Below are positions 10,201 to 22,200 of a stretch of DNA of 64,000 bases, in pieces (positions within the stretch are counted from its first letter, which is position 1; each line of letters opens with the position of its first letter). The DNA is from Octopus bimaculoides (lineage: Eukaryota). A model generated the notes under the pieces. That model worked only from the letters and a program-made list of their open reading frames with translations. It was not told where the DNA came from and ran no database searches. The stretch spans positions 39,519,247-39,583,246 of the forward strand of contig NC_068986.1 in the NCBI RefSeq assembly GCF_001194135.2, in the 5' to 3' direction. Made by a program: the position numbers and the translations under genes.

Positions 10201-13200
10201 ACTACAAGAACTGGAGACTGTTTTAGCTGAAGAATGGACAAAAATTCCTTTATGAGTTCACTAGCAGTATAACCCGGCGCTGCTCGGGATTAAGCTAGGA
10301 TTATTAAATGATTAAGTCCTTTATTTCAAACCAAAATAAGTAACATCGACATCAGATTTGAGCGAAATCCGTTGAAATTGGTTTGACTGAAAATGGTTTG
10401 CTGGCAATTTGATTGGGAAATCTCATAAGGAATCAGTTTATTGGTTATTTTCACTTATTGACTCTTTTTTTAAATGTTGCATTAGAGATCTGCATAGGAG
10501 NNNNNNNNNNNNNNNNNNNNNNNNNNNNNNNNNNNNNNNNNNNNNNNNNNNNNNNNNNNNNNNNNNNNNNNNNNNNNNNNNNNNNNNNNNNNNNNNNNNN
10601 NNNNNNNNNNNNNNNNNNNNNNNNNNNNNNNNNNNNNNNNNNNNNNNNNNNNNNNNNNNNNNNNNNNNNNNNNNNNNNNNNNNNNNNNNNNNNNNNNNNN
10701 NNNNNNNNNNNNNNNNNNNNNNNNNNNNNNNNNNNNNNNNNNNNNNNNNNNNNNNNNNNNNNNNNNNNNNNNNNNNNNNNNNNNNNNNNNNNNNNNNNNN
10801 NNNNNNNNNNNNNNNNNNNNNNNNNNNNNNNNNNNNNNNNNNNNNNNNNNNNNNNNNNNNNNNNNNNNNNNNNNNNNNNNNNNNNNNNNNNNNNNNNNNN
10901 NNNNNNNNNNNNNNNNNNNNNNNNNNNNNNNNNNNNNNNNNNNNNNNNNNNNNNNNNNNNNNNNNNNNNNNNNNNNNNNNNNNNNNNNNNNNNNNNNNNN
11001 NNNNNNNNNNNNNNNNNNNNNNNNNNNNNNNNNNNNNNNNNNNNNNNNNNNNNNNNNNNNNNNNNNNNNNNNNNNNNNNNNNNNNNNNNNNNNNNNNNNN
11101 NNNNNNNNNNNNNNNNNNNNNNNNNNNNNNNNNNNNNNNNNNNNNNNNNNNNNNNNNNNNNNNNNNNNNNNNNNNNNNNNNNNNNNNNNNNNNNNNNNNN
11201 NNNNNNNNNNNNNNNNNNNNNNNNNNNNNNNNNNNNNNNNNNNNNNNNNNNNNNNNNNNNNNNNNNNNNNNNNNNNNNNNNNNNNNNNNNNNNNNNNNNN
11301 NNNNNNNNNNNNNNNNNNNNNNNNNNNNNNNNNNNNNNNNNNNNNNNNNNNNNNNNNNNNNNNNNNNNNNNNNNNNNNNNNNNNNNNNNNNNNNNNNNNN
11401 NNNNNNNNTCTTTCTTTCTTTCTCCCTCTCTTTCTTTCTTTCTTGCTCTCTCTCCTTCACGCGCGTACGCACAGATTTGACTTCGCCATGTCAACAAACT
11501 TCAAAATTGGTAAAAGTTTATCGATTTTTACAGCTATACGCGGGTGCCTCTGTGAGAAAAAGTTGACAAAAACACAGATAGGGTCATGAACAATGTCCTC
11601 CTAAAATTGGAGCGACATGCGTGCTAATTTGTGGACGTGCATAACCCACATTCACGTACACACACACACAAACATCTTCTGTTTTATAGATATTGATACC
11701 TCGTAGAATTCAAGCAGTAATTACTGCTAAAGGCAGTCCTGTGCCATATAATAAATTTAACTTTTTAAGGTGTTACCATTATTTTGTCTAACCCCTGTAT
11801 ATCCTATTTGTCATTACTGCAGTGGTGCTTACAAAGTCATTTTACATTATACATGCACAATGTACATTGCTGTAAACAGACAGCATGCATACTAATCTTT
11901 CCACAAGCTCAGTTTTGAGAATGACAAGCTCTGCCATATCTTAACAATTCAATGGAAATAAGATAAAATATTGGTGTTCAAAGGAAGTGAGATTAATGTG
12001 ATAGATATGTTTAGTTGAGAAGAGAGAACACAGATTTGAAGCAGCTACAAATATATCTTGATTTATATTAAAAGATCTATTTTGTCTCGTTTTTATTCAG
12101 AATTCTCTTAACCTGAGAAAGTATCAGAAACTGCTTAGAGTTATTCTTACATGAACTTCAGTTTTTTCCAATTTTTTTATTTATCCAGTATTCATTAATT
12201 TATTAATATGGATTTTGTCAAAATATAAAACATGTTAAATTTGATGTGAGCACTGCACTTTAATACTTATCTTATGTTGTAAAATTATATATTTGATTAT
12301 TAGAGTTCCTCATCATTGTTGTCGTCTAACGTCCGCTTTCCATGCTGGCATGGGTTGGACGGTTTGACTGAGGACTGGCGAGCCAGAAGGCTGCACCAGG
12401 CTCCAATCTGGTCTGGCAGAGTTTCTACAGCTGGATGCCCTTCCTATTGCTGACCACTCCGAGAGTGTAGTGGGTGCTTTTTATGTGCCACCGGCATGGG
12501 GGCCAGTCAGGCGGTACTGGCATCGACCACACTCAAATGGTGCTTTTTATGTGCCACTGACACAGGGGCCAGTCAGACGGCACTGGCAACAACCACGCTC
12601 GAATTGTGATTTTTACATGCCACCGGCACTGGAGACAGTCAGGCATTGGTGGTATTTATGGTGAGTTAATTGGTTAGTCAGCAACATCTGTTAAATGTGA
12701 ATGTTGTGTTGGGATTATATAATAACCTTATGGAGGAGAGTACCATCAACATAGATGTTGGTTTGATTGATGATGATAACTAAGAAGTTATCATTTCATG
12801 TATGGAATGTTATAGAACATTAATGGTATATAGTGGCTAATGAAGAAGCTAACAAGATGGACTGCAGACTATAGTCTAGGGCTTGACATTGTGATATTTT
12901 TCCCAGGTCTAAAAGCCTTTCTGATTTCCAATTTTATAATCTTCAAAACTTTCTCCACTTCAGCAGGGGGATCACCTAGTGCAGTCTTTCCTGTGTGGAT
13001 TCCTTGGAAAGTTTTCAAAAAATACATTACACTCTATGGAATGGTTGGCTCTAGAAAAAGCATCCAGTTGTAGAAATCATGCCAAAACAGACAATGGAGC
13101 CTGGTGCAGCACCTGGCTTTACCAGCTTCGGTCGAACCTTCCAACCCAAGCCAGAATAGAAAACGAACATTAAATGACGACGACGATGATAGTAATCTGT

Positions 13201-16200
13201 AAGCTTGTTTAGTAGATACACTCTTTCAAAAGCCTGAATGGGGTAGTCTATAGGAATATTAATTTAGCTAGAAAGATCTCCTGCAGTAAAAAGTGTTCCT
13301 GAATACATACAGATGACTGTTGAAGAAGAGTAATAGTTCATTATTGTTTTACCTCAAGTCAACTCTAATCAAGCAAACCTATGATCGAAGTATTCTTGTC
13401 ATGACCATGCCATGTTATTTCAGATAAGTGCAGAACTACTTTATCCATTGTGCTCTTCTTTTTAAGATGGTATGATGTGGTTTTAGAGGAATTTAGATAC
13501 TATTTCTTGCAGGTTGAAAACCATATAGAAACTCTTTTGGTTCCTAGTGCAGCACATTGTATGAAGTAATCATGTTTCATCAAGTTTTGTTTTCGGTTAA
13601 AAAAAAATTGCTCAATAATTAGGAATGGGGCACATAGACTTGTACTTCAATGTTTCTGACTTGCCTGATATCAAGAGAAATTACGTTTTTGAGAGTGAAG
13701 GGTCTATGGCATTTGTTGACCCTCAACACATAGATGGAAGAAAATAACGACAGAATTAAACAAAAAGGATTATAACAATGCTGAATTTTTCATGTGAAAG
13801 TACACAGTATTAAGATCCAATATATCTTTATTCCAACATGTTTTCTTGTTTGTTTTTTTTTGACAAAATGATAACTCAACTATTTTCCAGTCCATCACAT
13901 TTATCATACGAAGATACATACAACACTTTGAAGTATGCTGACAGAGCAAAACATATTCGAGCTAATGTAAGTTGATGCACACTTCATTATATTTGTTTTA
14001 TCCTATTAGCTGCCATATGTTAGGTCAATCTGTTTTTTTTTATTGGTTTTAGTCCTATTACTTTGTTTCACTATTAATATATCCTGTCTTACTGACAATC
14101 AAGGCATTCTTTTATCTATTGTACAATTTTTGTCTGATCTTTAAAAAGATATGTTAAAAAATATTGCGATTGAAATCTGAAACCAGTATTTCAGTATTAT
14201 TCAATGTTTGATCTATTGCTAACATGACAATTTATTAATATTTAGATTGAAATGCAATATAGGCTAAGAACCATGTTATCTTTGTTATCTTCATGGAACT
14301 AAAATGCCAAACTTTTTCCTGCCAAACCTCTTTATTGGAATGTAGCTCACATCTAAACTGCAATGATTCTCTCTCATACAGACATATACACACAAATATG
14401 ATCCTTTAGCACTTAAACCAGCCATATCTATCCCTAATATTCTACCTACTTTGTAGTTCATACTTGCCAGGCTTTGCCTTTCAAATCCATCCTACTATGT
14501 CATTTTAAAAACAAACAGTTATTTCATCAAAATCTCGAAGCTACAAGATAATGCCTGATTAATTCAAAACAACGTGAATTAATAAGCATATTTGGCAGAG
14601 TAATCTGAATACTAAAAAATAAGATATTGTTTAGTCTCAGGTCAAATTCCATTGAGCAGACCTATGATCAGAAGTATAGTCAAGTAACCACATTGAGGCA
14701 CCTTCCTTGTAGCATCCAGTATATGATTTATCTGGAATTGTCTTCATCTTAACAGTTAACATCTAATCTAGATCAATTCACAACTTGTCTATGTACTAAT
14801 ACTAGTGTAATTGACTCATTGTATCATCTGTAATTGAGGACTCAGCCATCGAACACTTCTCAAATGACAGTTAACCCTTTGCCTGTTTTGTGTATTACAG
14901 GTGATACACAAGACATTTTCTTGGCGTTCATGCATCATATATGATGTACATTCCCAATTTCTTATCAACCTCTACAGTAAACTGGGATTTATGAAAGGAA
15001 AGCTTTATATTAAGCAGAATGTATGTAAAAGGTAAAGACCCCCTTTGGTCATGAATGACCATGGGATTGCACCTAGAAGATTACCCTCCAAGGCACAAGT
15101 CTGGGCAAGGTTGTTTATAAAAGAGTAGCAGTCGTCCATGCATACCAGCCTCCTCTCTCCTTGTCACTGATGTTATCCAAGAGAAAGGCAAAGGCTGACA
15201 CAGCTTGGCACCAGTAATGTTGCAACTCATTTCTGCAGCTGAGTGAACTGGAGCAATGTGAAATAAAGTATCTTGCTCAAGAACACAACACACAGCCTGG
15301 TCCAGGAATCAAATCCATAACCTCATGATTGTGAGCCCAATGCTCTAACCACTGAGCCCATTGGCATTTCAGACAAATCTATGAAAATGTTTTGGATAGG
15401 CAACTCTAATTCTTGAACTCAGAGGTTCAATATTTTTTATAATACTTGAATCTTCGTGCTTAACTTGCAAAATACTTTATATTTTTCATTTTTTTTAATG
15501 CTTTCTGTTTTTCCACAGTTGAAGAAGAATATTATGAATGTGAAGTCCAACATCAGCAAGTATGGAAAAATTGTTGAAGATCTTCGAGACGAGGTTGGTT
15601 TCTTTTGGAGTCCTTTATTGTTATAGGGTTGTGATAGAACTGTTGGAGCAAAGTTTTCTTGTTATAGACATTATAGGTGCAAGCATAGCTGTATGATTAA
15701 GAAGTTTTCTTCGCAACCAAATGGTTCCACGTTCGATTCTGCCTATGATGCAGCAGTACTCTTTTACTAATTTTAATTTTCAGTCAGAATGGTGTCCCTT
15801 AGTATCCTTAGGCCGTTAACATTAACACATTCTTAGCATATTCTAACCAGCACCTCTACCTCCTGAATCTCAAAGTTTTTGTTCCTGTTCAAAAAGTTAC
15901 TGTCTTTGTATTTATTTAATTTAATTATTTATATTTTACAGGTTCAGCAACTTAAAACTAAATTAAAGGAATACGAAAGTGTAGATTTGAAAGCAAGCAT
16001 ACCCAAACTGCAAGAATGTGAAGAAGAAAAAAGGTTTATATTGAATTTTTAAAAGCATATGTTGTTCGTTTAACGTCCACTTTCCATACTAGCATGGGTT
16101 GGACGATTTGACTGAGGACTGGTGGACCAGGAGGCTACACCAGGTTCCAATCTGATTTGGCAGAGTTTCTACAGCTGGATGCCTTCCTAACGCCAACCAC

Positions 16201-19200
16201 TCCAAGAGTGTAGTGGGTGCTTTTATATGCCACCAGCACGAAGGCCAGTCAGGTGGTACTGGCAACGGCCACGCTCGAAATGGTGTATTTTACATGTCAC
16301 TTGCACAGTTGATGTTTTATAAATTAATTTATCAATGAACATTTAGCTGTTGTATATTTATTTATTCAGTCTTTCAATTTTCATTCAGCAGTAGATATGA
16401 CAGTAATACTTACTTTTGTTCTCTCTTTAAGATTACAAGAAATCCTTTATAATTTATTCACTGAAAGAAAGTCTATTCGCAAAGAGATCCTCAAGCAAGA
16501 AAGTGACCGACGTGCCAACCGCTGGAAAATACACTGCAAACAGCATCTTTTGACACAAATGGAAGCTGATAACCAGGGTGAAACTGATGAACATCTGTTA
16601 AAAGTAAGCTGGCCAAGTATATGAGGTCTGATCAATAAGTATCCGGACTGTTGCTATAATAATGAAGTTAAAGCATGCAGAGAGAAGCTGTGCATGTGCA
16701 CTAAGTTTTAACGTTCTAGCTCACTCCCATTTTTTACAGCAGTGCTTTAAAGTAATGTGTCTTCATCACATTGACCATGACAGAGAAAGTTGTCATGGCT
16801 TTACCTGCTCAGAGGCCTATGCAAAGTTGCAGAAAGTGTATGGTGAGGAGTGTATGAGTCGCACACAAGTGTATGAGTAGTTCAGACGTTTCCAAAATGG
16901 TTGCAAAAATGTCTATATTGACAAACGTTCTGGGAGGCCCACAACCAGCAGAACTGAGAAAAACATCGCAGAATTGCTTGCAGCTATGAAGTGAAATCGT
17001 TGAATCACCATCCCTAAGTTATCATAGGATATGCAGATTAGTTACGGTTCAGTTCAGTCCATTATCACTGAAGATTTGGGTATGAGATGCACGTCTGCCA
17101 AGTTTATGCTAAAACTGCTTTCAGCTGACCAAATGGATGGTCAGGTTTCAGTTGCACAAAATCTTTTTGTGTCAAGAACAATGAAAACTTTGCGTAGGCC
17201 TCTGAGCAGGTATCACCAAGCTTTTGGCAAAATTTGATGCAGATTCTCTGCTGAACTTTCTCTGTCATGGTCAATGCGATGAACACACCCTGCACATGTT
17301 ACTTCCAAGCACTTCTGTAAACAATAGAAATGAGTTAGAATGTTAAATTAGTGCGCATGCACTGCAGAGTTGAAGGTCAGTCTGTGCCAAGTGGCTTCAC
17401 TCTGTGCTTTGGCTTTGTTACTATAACAACAGTCTGAATACTTATTGATTAGACCATGTATGTATTTGTTTGATTTATACTTTTTTAGCAAGCTTGTGAG
17501 TAAAATACATTCCAGACATGACCATCCCATCTTAATTTCAGGTATTAGTGTATGCAAGACAACATCATCTACTGTATCTTTTTTTTTCAAATGATAGAAC
17601 ATGATTCATAAAGATTTGGCTGCTGTTTCTAGCTTGTTAAGCAATCACCTAATTTCTTGTTAGTTTGTATAGCTACACTTGTCTGCCTTAATCCTCTGAG
17701 ACCTGGGTCCCTGTGTCTAATTTTACCTACGCTACTGCCTGGGCTCCTGAGCAAAAAAGCAGAAAAATAAATAGTTGCATACATGACTCAAGAGTTAATG
17801 ACTGCAGGCAAACTGATGTACAGAAACATAAAAAAATTCAAAAGAATAACAATAAAAGGCCTATCTCTCAACTGTATTTGTTCACCTGAGTCGCTATTTT
17901 CCTCATCACTTTCACCAGTTTGATTGTCCAAGTCACTCTCATTGCCAGCATAAGTTTAAACACTTCATCTAAAGAATAAATATCATCAATACTTTCTTCA
18001 GTTGTTAAGAGTCTAGGCATTGCTCATTTACCAGACAAAGTGCTGGGTTCATCACATGCTTGTTTCATTGCAAAATCATTTTTTTCCCCAATTAAAAACA
18101 AAATTAAATGACAATTATGGGGGACACCATTAACAATGAGTCATAAACACACTTGACTACAAAGCTGCTATGCAATCAGTTGTCTAATTTTCGTATTTTA
18201 TTTTCTACTTCTATGTGTGTTGTTGATTGCTGCTTTGGTAGGCATCCAGTCAGAGATGACATTTGAGGTGTTCCTTCTATAGTAGTAACATGGCTTGACA
18301 GGACCTGCAGTTAAGGAAATGTTATTTGACATATGTCTACTGAATGAAGCTGACATTTTATTTTTCTATTTTGCTCTCTTAATGGGTTGCTTTTAAAAAG
18401 TGCAACTGAAGACAGTTGGCATGAATGGACGACACTTTCTAAATATTGAGAATCTGGTTCTTAACTTCATCAGCAACTTTACAGTAATTAGAGAGCCATT
18501 TGTTGAAAGAAGATCTGGTTGTAATAAAGAGAGCATGTCAGATAAAAAACATTTGCCTGTGTGAAAAGAGATCTGTGTGTTTTAGAACTGTGATAAAGAG
18601 AACATGTTAAAAAGAAGGTTGTCTATAATGTTTCAATTTCCCATTTTTTTCCCTTACAGAAAATTAAGAAAGCTATTGATTTATTCAACAAAAGAATTAA
18701 AAGCATTGATACTAATATTGCTAATTTGAAAGAGAAATTTGTCGAGAATGAAAAACACTTGGAGCGACTTCAGGGAGAGATGACACTGAATGGAGAGAAG
18801 ATAACAGCGGTATTTAATTATTTGTCCTTTTACGCAGTACTTCATAATCTGTCCTAAGTTTCTCCATCTAAAATCTTTATTAATTTTCCTATACATTTTA
18901 GAGTTGCTTCCCTTTACAAAAGTTTGTCCGTTTTGTTCGAATTGAATTTTGGTTTTTGGAATATAAAGGTAATTTTTTTATATGTGTTGTTAATATTAAC
19001 GATTTCTTTCCTCCAGCTCCTTGAGGAGAAACTACGATCTCACCATCTGGAAGTAGAACTGGGAGATTCTCTCACTTACGTCAGTCACGTAAAGAAAATA
19101 GCCAACTTTCAAGAGATAGAGAGTAACTCGAAAGACAGGTGTGTTAAGTTTTCTATTCTTTTTTTTTTTCTTAATAAAATTCTGGGCTACCTCTCGTCAG

Positions 19201-22200
19201 TATCTGAGTTGGTTGTTTCGTCTGAGAGTGTAGGATTCATATTCGATTTGCAAGCCATGTACTATTATTCTCTCATTAAATGCTTCCCCCACTTTTCTTT
19301 TGTGTGAACAATGGTGCTATTGGTTTATAGAGTTCCAGCTGGATAATTTTGTGGTTCACTGCTTTTACTATGTCAAATATGATAAGGAAGCATAAGTGCA
19401 ACTCAAAAGATGTGCATGCACACACATGCACATATACACACACATATATAATAGTTTCTACAAAGTTTCTACTGCCCAGATTCCACTTACAAAGCAATGG
19501 TTTAGCCTGAAACAATGAAGGGAGATTTTTGGCCAAAGGGCTATGCTTGAGAACCTATGTGGTTACGAAGTGAGTTTTTTAAGCGCAGTCATATATGTAC
19601 CCCTATTCAGCATCCTTGCACAGATATTTTCCCTTATTTGTTTATAAGAGGATATTGGTAGGTAATGTACAAAAGCATCTTAGACCCTCTCTGCCTGAAA
19701 GATAGGAATTAGTACATCAAATCATAGTAATTTGTATTGTTAATCTCTTTTCTTATCTTTTTCTTGATTTTATCCAAGTCATAACTACGGAATAAATTGT
19801 TTGTGAAGAGTCTTCATCATGTTTACATCATCATTTAACTTCCCTTTTTCCATGCTGACATGGGCTGGACAGTTCGGCAGGAATCACCAAGCAAGAGGGC
19901 TGTGTTGATCTCTGATGCCAAACGTTTTACAAAGTGTACTAGGTGCTTTTTACATGGCTCTAACACTAGTGGGGTTATTAAGTACTTGCAGGACAAACTC
20001 TCTTATCCTCAACTGAGTGGGGTATAATAATAAAAGATCTGAAAGTATAATATGCAAATGTAAGCAAAATAACCAGTTGTCTAGGACTGGAGAAGCACAG
20101 ATACAAACACAAAGATACACACACATGCATATACATGTATATGACAAGCTTCTTCCAATTTCCCTCTCCCAAATCCACTTACAAGGCTTTGGTTTAGGGC
20201 AATAATAGAAGAAACTTGTCTAAAGTGTCACACAGTGAACTGAACCTGAAACCATTTGGTTGAAAAGTGCCTATATCTGTTCTGAATTCTGGTTTTGTTT
20301 TCCTTTCCAGGTTGATAAACAGTATGCAGCAAACAATGACAAAGTTGTATAAAACAGTTCAGCAACATCAACTGCTTTCCTCAGATCTTCAATTCGATTA
20401 TAATCAAACCATGAGGCAAAGGTATGGAGAAAAAGAAGTAGTGTGGGTTGATGAGACTATACTAAAAGAAGCTGACAAAAGCCCAGATTCAATTTCACTT
20501 GAAGGTACTTTAGACCTTCCGATTCTCAGCCGAGTTGTTTTGTCACGTAAGTTAAATTTTCTGTTGTAACTGAATTGCCTTTCATAACTGCTTTTTTTAA
20601 AACTGTAATTGTATTTTTTCTTTTTTCTCAGTTTCATTTATTTCTTTTGTGTTTTACTTACAGCCACCTTGGATAAAAATGTTAGACAAAGGAGGGACTC
20701 TTTAACTCCTATTTTGAAAAAGACAAAATGCTTCCTCAGTAAGTACTCACTCTAAGTTGTTTGGGCAAACACTGACACGTTCATTTAGTATGGTGTAGAT
20801 TGTTACTGTTTTTATGACAAAATATTGAATAGAAGTTCATATTCTTTGAATCTGTTTGTGATTAATGTTACTTTCCTTAACCTTTTTGATACCATCCCGG
20901 CTGAAACCACTTCTGGTTCTGTAGTACAAATGCCCTATTTCCAAAAGTTCTGAATTAAAATCTTCCGCGAAACCTTAGTCACAATTTATGTTCCTAACAC
21001 TAGCTTAATGATAACTAGGATATTTTACTAAATTCTTGATTATATTTAAAATTAATTGAAAGAAACACAGAGCATCTCAACAGAAATATGGTAACAAAAG
21101 GGTTATTTATTGATGCTTTTTTTGCACATCAGCATGGACTGGCTAAAAGTATAATATAAACATCTTTTCAAGCATTACTTTTGTAAGCTTGATGCTGTAA
21201 ACCAGTGTTTCTCAATCATTTTTCACTTATAGACCCCTGTGATTTCTATTTTATTCAGTTGGGCCCTTCTAGCCATTCCATCTTTTAAAAAATCCTATTA
21301 TATTTTTATAATTTGATATTATTAGGAATTGCATAAAAGAAAATAAAAATATTTTGTATATTGTAGAAGTATAAGCAATTTATTGCAGATAAATTTTAAC
21401 AACAAAATCTTATATAACCCCACCAAGGGTCATATGAACCCCAGTTGAGAAACACTGATGTAAACTCTGTTCCTACTACTTTTCAAAATTTTTTGGTCTG
21501 TTGATGACACTTTTTCTGTTACATCAAAAATGATGCAAGTATATACATCATCATCATTGTTTTAACTTCCACTTTTCCCATACTAGTATGAGTATGGTGA
21601 AACTTATTGTTTGTGTTTTTCTTTTATGGCCATACATCCTTCCAGTTTTTAACTCTTAGTTGTTTCCAATTAAAGTACTTATTGCTCTGGTTTTTTGAGT
21701 AACTGGTGCTCAATAGTTGGGCATGTTTTAACAACAAACATAAACAATGGCACTGATTGATATGGTGACACTTTTTTAAACAGTGTCAAGACACTGCTGA
21801 TAGGACAAGCATGCGCATGCATGTGTCCATACATACACATGTTATGAGAAGACCTGCTCTTGGATGTTAAGCCATACAGAGGATATGACTAAGAACTGAG
21901 ATGACTGGAGACATGGCGTGCTTGAGAAGGCCTGCCCATTTATGCAGACATAACAAAAACTGATATTGTAATGGTGGGACTGCATAATGTGAATGCATAC
22001 ACTTGGGTCCCTGTATCTACTCTGTAATTAATAAAGGAAGAACTTATTACTACATACACCACCACCCTTCCTGTACTGTCAGTCATTCTCCTTTCCCTTA
22101 TTTAAAACAAACTGATTGTGAACTTTGGAAGTCAAAAGTTTAAGTGAACTGTTAATTAACTTTCAGGTATCCCTGATTTAATCAAAGTACTTGGACATTT

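Noticed and set aside
10409-11566. Long ORFs of 150-385 aa at 1297-1912, 10409-11566, 55190-55789 and 62171-62924
   Set aside because: They are open only because they run through N-gaps.
12470-12660. CRISPR-like regularly spaced hairpin repeats (also 27830-28110 and the 50.4-51.7 kb array)
   Set aside because: Whole units are repeated with no unique spacers, there are no cas genes, and the context is a eukaryotic LINE 3' UTR or MITE.
17690-18500. Possible decayed piggyBac transposase (acidic N-terminus on the - strand) with a short TTAA-flanked piece
   Set aside because: Too degenerate; no catalytic motifs or paired ends could be established.
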